Of a stretch of DNA of 64,000 nucleotides, positions 34,315 to 47,965 are shown one piece after another. The DNA comes from Bacillus subtilis subsp. subtilis str. 168 (GTDB lineage: Bacteria > Bacillota > Bacilli > Bacillales > Bacillaceae), in the NCBI RefSeq assembly GCF_000009045.1, contig NC_000964.3:2852001-2916000 (forward strand). The letters are read 5' to 3'. The position numbers and the translations under genes are program-made. The notes under the pieces are model-generated. The model searched no databases, had not been told where the DNA came from, and saw nothing but the letters and a program-made list of their open reading frames with translations. The number at the start of each line of letters is the position of its first letter. The stretch's first letter is position 1.

Positions 34315-35589
34315 TTAACGGTTTTCTACAAGAAAATCAATTGCTTTGCGAACTTTTAAATCTTCTTTCATCGCGTCAGTAGAACCGATGGCTTGTTTAA
34401 TATTTTCAACAGGCATGTTGTATGCTTCAGCCATTTTTGTAAGCTCAGCATCAACTTCCTCATCTGATACTTCAAGGTTTTCCGCTTTCGCAATCGCCTC
34501 AAGAGTCAGGTTAGATTTTACGCGTTTTTCAGCATCTTCTTTCATTTGCTCTTTAAGCGCAGCTTCATCTTGGCCTGAGAATTGAGTGTAAAGCTCAAGG
34601 TTCATGCCTTGCATTTGCAGACGCTGTTCGAATTCTTTCAGCATGCGGTCAAGCTCAGTGTCGACCATTGCTTGAGGCACATCGATTTCAGCATTTTCAG
34701 AAGCTTTCAGAACAAGCTCTTCACGCAATTTAGCGTCAGCTTCGTTTTCTTTTGCTTCTTCTAAACGTTTCTTTGTTTTTTCAGTTAATTCAGCAAGTGT
34801 TTCCACTTCTTCATCGATATCTTTTGCGAATTCATCGTCAAGCTCAGGAAGCTCTTTCGCTTTGATTTCGTGAATTTTCACTTTAAACACAGCTGGTTTG
34901 CCTGCAAGATCTTCAGCGTGGTACTCCTCAGGGAATGTCACTTCAACATCCTTCTCAGCACCTGCTTCAAGGCCAACTAATTGATCTTCGAAGCCAGGGA
35001 TGAATGAACCAGAACCTACTTCTAGAGAGTAGTTTTCAGCTTTTCCGCCTTCGAAAGCTTCGCCGTCAACGAATCCTTCGAAATCAAGAACAACTGTGTT
35101 TCCTTCTTCAACGGCGCCTTCTTCTTTTACAACAAGCTCAGCTTGACGCTCTTGAAGGGCTTTTAGTTCGTTTTGAACATCTTCGTCAGTTACAGTTGTG
35201 TCGTCTTTTTCAATGCCCAGGCCTTTGTATTCGCCAAGCTTCACTTCAGGTTTTACTGTTACTTTCGCAGTGAAGATTAAGCTTTCGCCTTTTTCGATTT
35301 TTTCAACATCGATTTCAGGACGGTCTACAGGCTCGATTCCAGCTTCTTCAACCGCTTTAGGGTATTCTACAGGAAGAAGAATATCCAAAGCATCTTGGTA
35401 AAGAGCTTCTACGCCAAAGCGCTGTTCGAATAATCCGCGAGGAATTTTACCTTTACGGAATCCAGGAATTGAAACTTGTTTTACTACTTTTTTAAATGCA
35501 TCATCAAGTGCTGTTTTAAACGTTTCAGCATCAACTTCAACCGTTAAAACGCCTTCGTTGCCTTCTTGTTTTTCCCATTTTACAGACAT
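34315..35589 (-). CDS. tig: trigger factor
   Basis: GFRKGK ribosome-binding loop, FKBP domain FIPGFEDQL. Confidence 0.99.
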   Translation of the reverse strand: MSVKWEKQEGNEGVLTVEVDAETFKTALDDAFKKVVKQVSIPGFRKGKIPRGLFEQRFGVEALYQDALDILLPVEYPKAVEEAGIEPVDRPEIDVEKIEKGESLIFTAKVTVKPEVKLGEYKGLGIEKDDTTVTDEDVQNELKALQERQAELVVKEEGAVEEGNTVVLDFEGFVDGEAFEGGKAENYSLEVGSGSFIPGFEDQLVGLEAGAEKDVEVTFPEEYHAEDLAGKPAVFKVKIHEIKAKELPELDDEFAKDIDEEVETLAELTEKTKKRLEEAKENEADAKLREELVLKASENAEIDVPQAMVDTELDRMLKEFEQRLQMQGMNLELYTQFSGQDEAALKEQMKEDAEKRVKSNLTLEAIAKAENLEVSDEEVDAELTKMAEAYNMPVENIKQAIGSTDAMKEDLKVRKAIDFLVENR

Positions 35590-35774
35590 GTGTTTCCCTC
35601 CAAAAATCTATTCAGGTTGTGTCGGTCTTCCATTCTAAAGCAATCATTCGGCTTCGTCCAACAAAAACAAAGCTGCCAAAGATCAGAATCATTATGTATA
35701 GATGTTAATAATGAACTGCAAAGCCTGTCCAACCGTATTTCTTATAACCCGTTATACACAAATACAACCACTAT

Positions 35775-35802
35775 ATTATAACATAACACATAGCGCTTTC
35801 AA
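35775..35802 (-). promoter_or_regulatory. sigmaA promoter of tig
   Basis: TTGAAA-N16-TATAAT with TG at -15/-14. Confidence 0.7.
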
Positions 35803-35816
35803 CTATATGGCGCGAT

Positions 35817-36821
35817 TTACAAATAAGAAATTTCTTCAATATCTTTTAACATTGTGCAAGCTTCATCGAGTTCTCTGTCTGTAAATTCATACATCATATG
35901 AAGTTCTTCGCTTTCAATTTCAATCCCGTGCATCTCGTAACCGACTTTATGAAGGGCAGCCGCCCAAAGGTCAGCCGACAGCAATTTCGGCTGGAACGGA
36001 TATAAAACGTACAAATGTCTTCTCCACAATTCTTCTACTGCTGCATATAAGGTTGGATTTTCATTTCCAAGTGTCTCATCTAGCACCCTGAGAACACGGT
36101 GAAGAATCGGCGCGGCATCAGGCGGAACAATCTCTGACGGTTCAATTGTCAACGACTCGCCAAATTTACTAATGTGTACAGGTTTACTGTACTCATGCTC
36201 AGCCAACAGCATGACAATCATCGTTTTGATAATCGGATGGGCTGAGGGGTCTTGGAGGATTGTTTTGAGCAATCCTGTATACTTTGCTACGTTACGGTCT
36301 TTTAAGGAATGAATGAGATTCATTTGCTCCTCAGGGCTTGCCAGCACTTTCTCGGTGTCAATTGTATCCTCATATTCTTCGGCCCAAGCCTCGTCCTCAC
36401 GATCCGGATCGGTCATTTTCCGGCTGAAATCCAGCAGCTTATAAAATTGCTCGGCACTTTCTGCCGGCAGCTGATTTTCTTCCAAAACGGCTTCAATGGT
36501 GCTTTTGACTTCTTCGTACTTTTTGAGCTGAATTAAGATGGTCATGTACACCTGCAAAACCGTAAAATAATGGCCATAACCTTCTTTGAGCATCTTCTCG
36601 CACACGCTTTCTGCCTCTTCCAGCTCGCCCAGCTCTAAAAAGCAGATGGCCATCCCTAAGTGAAGATCGGATTCAGTATCATCATATTTCATCGCTTCTG
36701 AAAACAGTTCAAGCGCTTCTTGATACTTTTTTTCCTTGAGTGATGACATCCCTTTTTCCACAAGGCGGTCTTTCAGATGAGGAAAAGGAATAATTTTTGC
36801 GTTTTTCTTGTCATGCGTCAT
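35817..36821 (-). CDS. ysoA: tetratricopeptide-repeat protein
   Basis: YQEALELFSEAM...LGMAICFLELGELEEA TPR pattern; start MTHDKK behind AAAGGA. Confidence 0.85.
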   Translation of the reverse strand: MTHDKKNAKIIPFPHLKDRLVEKGMSSLKEKKYQEALELFSEAMKYDDTESDLHLGMAICFLELGELEEAESVCEKMLKEGYGHYFTVLQVYMTILIQLKKYEEVKSTIEAVLEENQLPAESAEQFYKLLDFSRKMTDPDREDEAWAEEYEDTIDTEKVLASPEEQMNLIHSLKDRNVAKYTGLLKTILQDPSAHPIIKTMIVMLLAEHEYSKPVHISKFGESLTIEPSEIVPPDAAPILHRVLRVLDETLGNENPTLYAAVEELWRRHLYVLYPFQPKLLSADLWAAALHKVGYEMHGIEIESEELHMMYEFTDRELDEACTMLKDIEEISYL

Positions 36822-36905
36822 ACCTATATTCCTTTCAGGCATTTATTTTGTTCAAGTGTATCAACACCTGTGAACAAAAACAAGAAATGAAAGGTTTCAC
36901 CAGGC

Positions 36906-36940
36906 AAAAAAAGCCGCCGGACAAATACCGGCCGCTTTTT
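36906..36940. terminator. terminator of ilv-leu operon
   Basis: AAAAAGCGGCCGG-tatttgt-CCGGCGGC-T7. Confidence 0.82.
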
Positions 36941-37539
36941 CAGGCTTGAAGCCAAGAGCTTCTTTGTGATTCAAATTGCTTGATTTCATCTTCCAGCAGC
37001 AGCGTTAATGAAATTTCATCATATCCGTTGATCAGCATCTCTTTCCAATGCGGATCAACTTCAAATGAAATTTGATTGCCTTCACTGTCATGAATCAGCT
37101 GATTTTCAAGGTCAACAGTCATTTGCAATGACTGGTTTTCATACTGGCCGACAAGCTGTTTCCAATTGTCATATGGCATGCGGATCGGAAGCATGCCGTT
37201 TTTAAAGCAGTTCTGATGGAAAATATCAGCGAATGACGGCGCAATGATAATTTTAAACCCATAATCATCAAGTGCCCACGGAGCGTGTTCACGCGATGAC
37301 CCGCAGCCGAAGTTTTCTCCTGCTATTAAAATGGAAGCTCCTTGATAAACAGGCTGGTTTAATTCAAATTCAGGGTTCGGTTCACCATTCGCATCATATC
37401 TCCAGTCAAAGAATGCAAAACGTCCGTAGCCTGTTCTTTCAATCCTCTTCAAAAATTGCTTAGGAATAATCTGGTCTGTATCCACATTGATCCGATTTAA
37501 TACGGCTGCTTTCCCCGTATGTGATTTCAAAGGTTCCAT
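36940..37539 (-). CDS. leuD: 3-isopropylmalate dehydratase small subunit
   Basis: NVDTDQIIPK, NFGCGSSREHA, SFADIF. Confidence 0.99.
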   Translation of the reverse strand: MEPLKSHTGKAAVLNRINVDTDQIIPKQFLKRIERTGYGRFAFFDWRYDANGEPNPEFELNQPVYQGASILIAGENFGCGSSREHAPWALDDYGFKIIIAPSFADIFHQNCFKNGMLPIRMPYDNWKQLVGQYENQSLQMTVDLENQLIHDSEGNQISFEVDPHWKEMLINGYDEISLTLLLEDEIKQFESQRSSWLQA

Positions 37540-37551
37540 CTCGCGCACTCC

Positions 37552-38970
37552 TTACACAACTGTTTTTTCCTGATAAAACTTTCTGACATCAACGAAGTGT
37601 CCGTGAATGGCAGCCATCGCAGCCATTGCCGGGCTGACGAGATGTGTTCTTGCACCTTTTCCTTGTCTGCCCTCGAAGTTGCGGTTAGAGGTTGATGCAC
37701 AGCGCTCTCCCTCAGGAACAACATCATTATTCATACTCAAACACATGCTGCAGCCTGACTCTCTCCATTCAAATCCAGCTTCCAAGAAAATCTGGTCAAG
37801 CCCTTCTTTTTCAGCCTGAAGCTTCACGCTTTGGGATCCGGGCACGACGATGGCCCTTACGCTGTCAGCTACCTTCTTCCCTTTGATCATGTCAGCAGCC
37901 TGTCGAAGGTCAGTCATGCGGGAATTTGTGCAGGAACCGATAAATACGTGCTCCACTTTAATGTCTTCAATTTTTTGGTGAGGAGTCAATCCCATATATT
38001 CATAAGCACGAATCGCTTCTTTTTTATCGTCTTCTGCAGAAAAGCTTTCCGGCGCAGGAACTTCAGAATCGACAGGAAGAACCATTCCCGGGTTAATGCC
38101 CCATGTCACCATAGGGGAAATTTTGTTGCCGTCAAGGACGATAGATTTATCGTAAACAGCGCCCGGGTCTGTGCGCAGCGCCTTCCATTCCTCTACGGCC
38201 TTGTCAAATTCTTCGCCTTTTGGCGTGTACTTGCGATTTTTGCAATATTCAAACGTCACCTCGTCAGGTGCAATCAAACCTGCTCTTGCTCCTGCTTCAA
38301 TTGACATGTTACAAACAGTCATTCGTTCATCCATCGTCATATTTCTGAATACTTCCCCAGTGTATTCAATGACGTAGCCTGTGCCGAATTTCACACCGTA
38401 TTTGCCGATGACAGCAAGGATGACATCCTTTGCCGTTACCCCTTTTTGAAGCGTTCCATCTACGCGCACTTCAAGTGTTTTTGGACGCTGCTGCCAAAGT
38501 GTCTGTGTGGAAAGGACATGTTCAACTTCACTCGTCCCGATTCCAAATGCAAGAGCGCCGAAAGCGCCATGTGTTGATGTATGACTGTCACCGCACACAA
38601 TCGTTTTCCCTGGAAGCGTTAAGCCTAGTTCAGGTCCGACGACATGGACAATCCCTTGATCCACACTGTGAAGATCGGCAAGGCGCACGCCAAATTCCTC
38701 ACAGTTTCTTTCAAGCGCCGTTACCTGGCGTTTCGCAACTTCATCCTTTATCTCAAAACGATTGACAGTCGGGATGTTGTGGTCCATTGTCGCAAATGTG
38801 TTTTGGGGTCTTCTGACCTTTCTTCCCTTTTGTCTCAAGCCTTCAAATGCCTGAGGAGACGTCACCTCATGAATGAGGTGCAAATCAATATAGAGAAGAT
38901 CCGGCTTTCCCTCACCATGTTTTACAATATGCTGATCCCAAATCTTTTCGATGATTGTTCGAGGCATCAT
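37552..38970 (-). CDS. leuC: 3-isopropylmalate dehydratase large subunit
   Basis: [28 protein letters not shown] Fe-S cysteines. Confidence 0.99.
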   Translation of the reverse strand: MMPRTIIEKIWDQHIVKHGEGKPDLLYIDLHLIHEVTSPQAFEGLRQKGRKVRRPQNTFATMDHNIPTVNRFEIKDEVAKRQVTALERNCEEFGVRLADLHSVDQGIVHVVGPELGLTLPGKTIVCGDSHTSTHGAFGALAFGIGTSEVEHVLSTQTLWQQRPKTLEVRVDGTLQKGVTAKDVILAVIGKYGVKFGTGYVIEYTGEVFRNMTMDERMTVCNMSIEAGARAGLIAPDEVTFEYCKNRKYTPKGEEFDKAVEEWKALRTDPGAVYDKSIVLDGNKISPMVTWGINPGMVLPVDSEVPAPESFSAEDDKKEAIRAYEYMGLTPHQKIEDIKVEHVFIGSCTNSRMTDLRQAADMIKGKKVADSVRAIVVPGSQSVKLQAEKEGLDQIFLEAGFEWRESGCSMCLSMNNDVVPEGERCASTSNRNFEGRQGKGARTHLVSPAMAAMAAIHGHFVDVRKFYQEKTVV

Positions 38971-39019
38971 CTTTTATTTCCTCCCTCTACCTAGAGCTAA
39001 GACCGCTTAACGTAAGCTG

Positions 39020-40117
39020 TCACACATTAGAAATTGTATTTTCACTCATGATTGCTGCCTTAACTTCCTCTGTAATGGCCTGAGTGCTGCTGAACTCTTC
39101 ACTCCGTGCCAAGTCTCTTGTTCTTTTTCCAGAAGCCAAGACTTTGTTTACCGCATCTTCTACAGCTTTCGCTTCCTCTTCAAGCCCGAAAGATGTTCTC
39201 AAAAGCATTGCCGCTGACAATATGGCTGCGAACGGATTTGCCATCCCTTTACCGGCAATATCAGGCGCGGAGCCATGAACAGGTTCAAACAGATGAAGGC
39301 CAGAGCTTGATAGGCTGGCTGACGGGAGCATTCCGAGCGAGCCTGTAAGCATGGACGCTTCATCGCTTAAAATATCACCGAACATATTTTCAGTCACCAC
39401 GACATCAAATTGATTCGGTGCATAAATTAGCTGCATGGCCGCGTTATCCACAAGCATGTGCTCAAGCTTCACATCAGGAAATTCTTGTGCAACGTCCTCA
39501 GCCACTTCACGCCACAGCCGGCTTGATTCAAGAACATTCGCTTTATCTACAGAGGTCACTTTGCCTTTTCTGGCTGCCGCCATTTTGAAGCCCTCTCTGA
39601 TCACTCGTTCAATTTCCGTTCGCTTATAAAACAGTGTATCTACTGCTTCCTGCTCACCTTCAGTGTTTACATAACGTTTGCTCGGCTGGCCGAAATACAA
39701 GCCGCCTGTGAGCTCACGAACGATAACGAAATCAACATTATCTATATATTCTTTTTTCAAAGGCGAAGCGTCAGAAAGGCTTTCAAATACCTTCACAGGC
39801 CGCAAATTCGCAAACAAATCAAGCTGTTTTCTGATGCTGAGCAGCCCTTTTTCCGGTCTCAGTTCCGAAGGATTTTGATCCCATTTCGGTCCGCCGACAG
39901 CACCAAGCAATATCGCGTCTGCATTTTTACAAGCAGCAACGGTTTCCTCCGGGAGGGGGTTATGATGTTCATCAATAGCCGCCCCTCCAATCAGGCCATA
40001 TTCAAATTCAAATTCATGGTTAAAGCGTTCGGCAACACTTTTCAGTACGTCTGTCGCTGATTCTAATACTTCAGGGCCGATCCCGTCTCCGGGCAATAGA
40101 GCAATACGTTTCTTCAA
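39020..40117 (-). CDS. leuB: 3-isopropylmalate dehydrogenase
   Basis: GDGIGPEV, VDKANVL, ENMFGDILSD, EPVHGSAPDIAG. Confidence 0.99.
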   Translation of the reverse strand: MKKRIALLPGDGIGPEVLESATDVLKSVAERFNHEFEFEYGLIGGAAIDEHHNPLPEETVAACKNADAILLGAVGGPKWDQNPSELRPEKGLLSIRKQLDLFANLRPVKVFESLSDASPLKKEYIDNVDFVIVRELTGGLYFGQPSKRYVNTEGEQEAVDTLFYKRTEIERVIREGFKMAAARKGKVTSVDKANVLESSRLWREVAEDVAQEFPDVKLEHMLVDNAAMQLIYAPNQFDVVVTENMFGDILSDEASMLTGSLGMLPSASLSSSGLHLFEPVHGSAPDIAGKGMANPFAAILSAAMLLRTSFGLEEEAKAVEDAVNKVLASGKRTRDLARSEEFSSTQAITEEVKAAIMSENTISNV

Positions 40118-40137
40118 GTTAACCGTTCTCCTTTCTT

Positions 40138-43247
<3,110 letters not shown>

Positions 43248-43251
<4 letters not shown>

Positions 43252-44972
43252 GGTTTCACCCCCACCATTTCATGCAGCCCTTTCCCCGGAGCCACCATCG
43301 GGAATACTTTTTCTTCGCTGGCAACCCGCACGTCAATGACAACAGGTTCTCTTGATGTTAATGCCTCTTCCAGCTTTTCCTTTGCTTCCGCTTCTGATGA
43401 AATTCTGATGCCTTTAATGCCGTATGCTTCGGACAATTTGACGAAGTCAGGCTGAGAAGCGAATTTAGATTCTGAATAACGTTCTTCATAGAAAATTTCC
43501 TGCCACTGTCTGACCATTCCGAGACAAGCGTTATTTAAAATCACTACCTTGACCGGAAGATTTAATTCGCGAATAACATCGAGTTCTTGAAGCGTCATTT
43601 GGAATCCGCCGTCTCCGACAACCGCGACAACAGTAGCATCTTTTTCGGCCAGCTGTGCGCCGATCGCCGCCGGAAGACCGAATCCCATCGTTCCAAGTCC
43701 GCCTGACGTGACCCATTTATCTGCTTTTTGGAACGGATAAAATTGCGCTGACCACATTTGATGCTGGCCTACATCCGTTGCGACAATGGCCTCTCCTTTT
43801 GTAAATTGATGAATATATTCAATCAATTTCTGAGGTTTAAAACCTTCTTCTTCATTATCTACATACCAGAGCGGATACTCTTCTTTCCATTCTGCGAGCT
43901 GTTTTTTCCATTCGCTTGAATCGCTTTGTTTGCCGTCTTGTTTGATCAGCTCCTGCAGGACAATTTTGCTGTCTCCGACTACAGGAATCTGTGTTTTCAT
44001 GATTTTTCCGATTTCAGCTGGATCAATATCGATGTGGGCTATCTTTGCGTTTCTGGCAAAGTGTTTCAGGTTTCCTGTGACACGGTCATCAAAACGGGCG
44101 CCGATACTGATTAATAGATCACATTCATGAAGGGCCATATTGGCTGTATAAGTACCGTGCATTCCCGCCATCCCTAGGAAAAGCGGATGGTCAGCCGGGA
44201 AGCCTCCGAGCCCCAAAAGGGTGTGTGCCACAGGGATTTGCTGCTGTTCAGCATAATTTTTTAATTCTTCTGACGCTTTTCCGTGCAGTACGCCCGCACC
44301 CGCCAGGATCACCGGTTTTTTCGCACTGCTCACGGCTTCCACAAGCTTGCGGATCTGCAAATAATTCGGCTCTGTTGTCGGCTGGTATCCCGGGAGATTC
44401 ATCTCATGATCGTAGCTGAATTCTCCTTCAATTGTTGCTACATCTTTCGGAATATCAATCAATACAGGTCCGGGTCTTCCAGTTGTTGCAATATGGAACG
44501 CTTCTTTAATGATGCGCGGCAGATCTTCCGGCTGGCGAACCTGGTAGCTGTGTTTTGTTACTGGCATCGTAATCCCTAAAATGTCTGCTTCCTGAAATGC
44601 ATCGCTCCCGATTACAGAGGTTGCTACCTGCCCTGTAAAGACGACTAACGGCAATGAATCAATCATGGCATCAGCAAGGCCTGTAACAAGGTTTGTCGCT
44701 CCCGGCCCTGACGTGGCAATGACGACACCCGGTTTTCCGGAGACCCTTGCGTATCCCTCCGCTGCATGAATTGCTCCTTGTTCGTGACGGGGAAGGATAT
44801 GTACCAACCCTGAATTGTATAGCTTATCGTAAATCGGAAGCACAGCCCCGCCCGGATAACCGAAGATCATTTCTACTTTCTCTTTTTTTAATGATTCAAT
44901 CAGCATTAATGCTCCGCTCATCGTCTGTGTACATTCGGCAGATGCTGAATCCACCTGTACATTAGTCCCCAT
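43248..44972 (-). CDS. ilvB: acetolactate synthase large subunit
   Basis: [25 protein letters not shown]...NN TPP motif. Confidence 0.99.
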
Positions 44973-45044
44973 TTTAGTTCCTCCTTTTGGATTTTCATCC
45001 TTTAAAGATCATCTTTTCATTAGCTAGATAGCTGATTATTCAAT

Positions 45045-45452
45045 AAAAAAAGCCCTTCCGCCCACAATCAGCCGCGCAGTAACTGCGATAGCTAAAAGGG
45101 GCGAAAAGGCTTTTCTTTCCGCGGTACCACCCTTGTTTACGGCCTGTTAATCGGCCGTCTCATGGATATTTCTATCCGCTTTAGTAACGAGTGAATCAAG
45201 TTCACCCGGCCAAGTCCTACTGTCATTTCAGACTGGCACTCTGAGGCGAGTTCACCTTGTAAAGCTTCGCCGGTTCTCAGCTAACCCGGTTCTCTGTGGA
45301 AAACTTTATCAAGGCTACTTATCCTCATCTGCGCTTTTCATATTCAGCCTTCGGAACGGCTTTCCAGCTGTTCAAGAAGGTCGTTTGTTTTTCATTTTTT
45401 TAGAATCATACTGCGATGATTTTCGCTTGTGAAGCTTGCATTTATCTTTTGT
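45045..45452 (-). ncRNA. ilv-leu leader with T-box riboswitch (Leu)
   Basis: CAGAGA AG box, GCTGAGA loop, specifier CUC (45248-45250), T-box AAGGGTGGTACCGCGG (45119-45134), terminator with U7. Confidence 0.93.
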
Positions 45453-45459
45453 TGAACTC

Positions 45460-45488
45460 ATATTACGCCGCTTTGGACGCAGTGTCAA
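45460..45488 (-). promoter_or_regulatory. sigmaA promoter of ilv-leu
   Basis: TTGACA-N17-TAATAT. Confidence 0.88.
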
Positions 45489-45535
45489 CAGCATTTTTTA
45501 AAATTATTAGACAATTTTGATTAATCAATCTATAT

Positions 45536-45550
45536 TGTATACGCTTTCAT
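45536..45550. promoter_or_regulatory. cre site (CcpA) upstream of ilvB promoter
   Basis: ATGAAAGCGTATACA matches WTGNAANCGNWWNCA. Confidence 0.8.
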
Positions 45551-45646
45551 TATTGGTACAAAAGGAATTGCAAATGTTAAAAGTTTTTATAATTTTTTTA
45601 TTAATCTATCAAGAATACACCAGAATTATTTAATTTTATATAAACA

Positions 45647-45663
45647 TGGAAGATTTTATAACA
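45647..45663. promoter_or_regulatory. TnrA box between ilvB and ysnD
   Basis: TGTTA-N7-TTCCA vs TGTNA-N7-TNACA. Confidence 0.65.
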
Positions 45664-45730
45664 CGATATGGTTCGTATATGGATTGAGTCTGACAGATCA
45701 TCTTGCAATCCATTTCAATTTCGGATAGGC

Positions 45731-45757
45731 ACTTCTCTTGTTCCCTCGGCATACATT
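45731..45757 (+). promoter_or_regulatory. sigmaK-type promoter of ysnD
   Basis: ACT-N16-CATACATT, same geometry as the gerE promoter. Confidence 0.6.
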
Positions 45758-45787
45758 AATGATATCTTGCAAAGAAAAGGTGATACG

Positions 45788-46123
45788 ATGAATAAATCAT
45801 TTGCAGACATGCAAGGATTTCCTGCGGGCTTTCCAAGCTTCCCCAACTTTCCGCAGCAGTACTATCCTGCTGTCCCTCCCTTTTACCAGCAAAGCCAGCA
45901 GCCATTTGGAGGCTACGGATACGGACAGCCGTTCAGTCAGGCATACAGCCCGTTAACCACTCCCTCTGGAATGTACTCCTCATTCCCATACGCTTCAGGA
46001 TTTTACGGACAGCAATTTTCAGGTGCAGGCTTTAGCGGCCATGGCGGCAGCTTAAGTGCTCCAGCGATACATGCCGGCGGATTCAGCGGGGCGCCAGGCG
46101 TACACGGAGGCTTTAGATATTAA
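45788..46123 (+). CDS. ysnD: Gly/Pro/Tyr/Phe/Gln-rich low-complexity spore coat protein
   Basis: SD AAGGTGA; repeats such as [24 protein letters not shown]. Confidence 0.85.
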
Positions 46124-46291
46124 AGAATACCACAAGGGCCGAACATCTATTGCGGTCCTTTTATTGTTTTAAAACGACTTCACAAGTACAGTCACATTTT
46201 CTGTCTTTATATTTGGAAACAGGATGGAATATGATTAAGATGAATTGAACGATATTCTGCACAATCCGTAAGTTTTCGAGGAGGAATAAAA

Positions 46292-46747
46292 TTGCATATA
46301 AAAATAGACGATTTAACTGGACGTCAGGTGGTTTCACTGGTGAATGAGCATTTACATAGCATGACGCTTATGTCCCCGCCAGAAAGCATTCATGCCTTAG
46401 GTCTAGAAAAACTAAGAGGGCCTGAAATAACATTTTGGAGCGCATGGGAAGGTGATGAACTAGCTGGCTGCGGAGCGCTAAAAGAACTGGACACCCGGCA
46501 TGGAGAAATCAAATCAATGCGAACATCTGCATCACATTTAAGAAAAGGCGTTGCCAAACAAGTTCTCCAGCACATCATTGAAGAAGCCGAGAAGCGAGGC
46601 TATGAGCGGTTAAGCTTAGAAACGGGTTCAATGGCTTCATTTGAGCCGGCAAGAAAATTGTATGAAAGCTTCGGTTTCCAGTATTGTGAACCGTTTGCAG
46701 ACTACGGTGAAGATCCAAACAGTGTGTTTATGACGAAGAAATTGTGA
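46292..46747 (+). CDS. ysnE: GNAT-family N-acetyltransferase
   Basis: EIKSMRT...LRKGVA acetyl-CoA motif, ARKLYESFGF; SD GAGGAGG, TTG start. Confidence 0.92.
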   Translation: MHIKIDDLTGRQVVSLVNEHLHSMTLMSPPESIHALGLEKLRGPEITFWSAWEGDELAGCGALKELDTRHGEIKSMRTSASHLRKGVAKQVLQHIIEEAEKRGYERLSLETGSMASFEPARKLYESFGFQYCEPFADYGEDPNSVFMTKKL

Positions 46748-46855
46748 GACGGCTTTATAAGGATAGATAAGTGCAGGGGAAGGTCTGTCTTATCTATCTT
46801 TTTTTATATTCACACATTTTTCACCTTTATGATACACGCCAATGTTTTCAATTTT

Positions 46856-46880
46856 GTTTAATTCAAAGAACAGCGGGAAT
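46856..46880 (+). promoter_or_regulatory. sigmaB promoter of ysnF
   Basis: GTTTAA-N13-GGGAAT. Confidence 0.85.
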
Positions 46881-46930
46881 TACAAACGACATGAACGATA
46901 TCATGCAAATTCATAAAGGAGGAGATTGAT

Positions 46931-47752
46931 ATGAAAAGCATAGTTGGTGTATATGAAACTCCGCAGGAAACCATCGCAGCGATTGAAGGCTTACTTACAA
47001 AAGGCTATGATTCTGATGACATTTCTGTTGTGACAAGCCGGCGAGATACAGATTATTTGGAGTCACGTACAGGAACAGAAGTCAATCAAGCTATCGATGC
47101 ACATCAGGACGAATCTGAATCTTTTTTCGATAAACTGAAAGATTATTTCACAATGGATGATACTGCTACACACAGCAAAGCATTATCCGACTTGGATATT
47201 AAAACTGATGAAATAGACAAGTATCAAGAAGATTTGGATGACGGAAAACTTCTGGTAGCCGTCGATACAGATGCAGATGTAATTGCTCCTATTGATAACG
47301 GCAATGCCCTTTCAGGCGGCTTTTCAAGCACAAATGAATTGGATTATACAACGAAAGAAGAAAAAACGATGCCGCTCCGGGAAGAACAGCTGAAGGTCGA
47401 TAAGGAAGACGTTCAAACCGGCGAAGTAGAAATAGGAAAAGAAGTGAAAACAGAAAAAAGAGATATGGACATTCCGGTGAGACATGATGAAATTTATGTC
47501 GAACGCCGTCCAGTGGATGAAAATAAAACGGACGCTGCTCCCGTCAACGATTCGGAAGAGATCAGAGTTCCAATCGTTGAGGAAAAGCTGGAAGTGACTA
47601 AAAAACCGGTTGTCACTGATGAAGTGGTTGTCGGCAAACGCACTGTTGAAGAAAATGAACATATTTCTGAAACTGTGAAAAAAGAAGAACCTCGTCTGAA
47701 TAAAGAAGGAAAAGTTGACGGCTTGGATGATGATCCGTTAAATAACAAATGA
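46931..47752 (+). CDS. ysnF: general stress protein (YflT-like N-terminus plus two YsnF/DUF2382-like repeats)
   Basis: repeats PLREEQLKVDKE..EVEIGKE and PIVEEKLEVTKK..EVVVGKR; sigmaB promoter upstream. Confidence 0.9.
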   Translation: MKSIVGVYETPQETIAAIEGLLTKGYDSDDISVVTSRRDTDYLESRTGTEVNQAIDAHQDESESFFDKLKDYFTMDDTATHSKALSDLDIKTDEIDKYQEDLDDGKLLVAVDTDADVIAPIDNGNALSGGFSSTNELDYTTKEEKTMPLREEQLKVDKEDVQTGEVEIGKEVKTEKRDMDIPVRHDEIYVERRPVDENKTDAAPVNDSEEIRVPIVEEKLEVTKKPVVTDEVVVGKRTVEENEHISETVKKEEPRLNKEGKVDGLDDDPLNNK

Positions 47753-47770
47753 AAATCATAGACCGACAAC

Positions 47771-47806
47771 AAAAAACCTCAAATCCTAAATGGATTTGAG
47801 GTTTTT
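47771..47806. terminator. bidirectional terminator shared by ysnF and tRNA-Arg
   Basis: AAAAACCTCAAATCC-taaat-GGATTTGAGGTTTTT. Confidence 0.9.
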
Positions 47807-47815
47807 CTTTTGGTA

Positions 47816-47889
<74 letters not shown>

Positions 47890-47936
47890 ACGTTTTGTTT
47901 TTTTGTTTTTCGCTTTAACTATCAGCGACAAGATTT

Positions 47937-47965
47937 ATTATATATGGGATGCAATAATAAGTCAA
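47937..47965 (-). promoter_or_regulatory. strong sigmaA promoter of tRNA-Arg with A-tract UP element
   Basis: TTGACT-N17-TATAAT; A tracts directly upstream. Confidence 0.88.

Noticed and set aside
44385-44398. GTATCCCGGGAGAT and other CCCGGG cores resembling Noc binding sites (ATTTCCCGGGAAAT)
   Set aside because: Three or more mismatches; cannot be separated from chance without a PWM scan or ChIP data
45553-45560. TGGTAC match to the tRNA-Arg 3' flank as a possible att repeat bounding ysnDEF
   Set aside because: Only 6 bp, expected by chance; no integrase nearby
45668-45787. 40-codon in-frame N-terminal extension of ysnD in the ORF track
   Set aside because: No SD at 45668, it lies upstream of the predicted promoters, and ATG 45788 has a good SD
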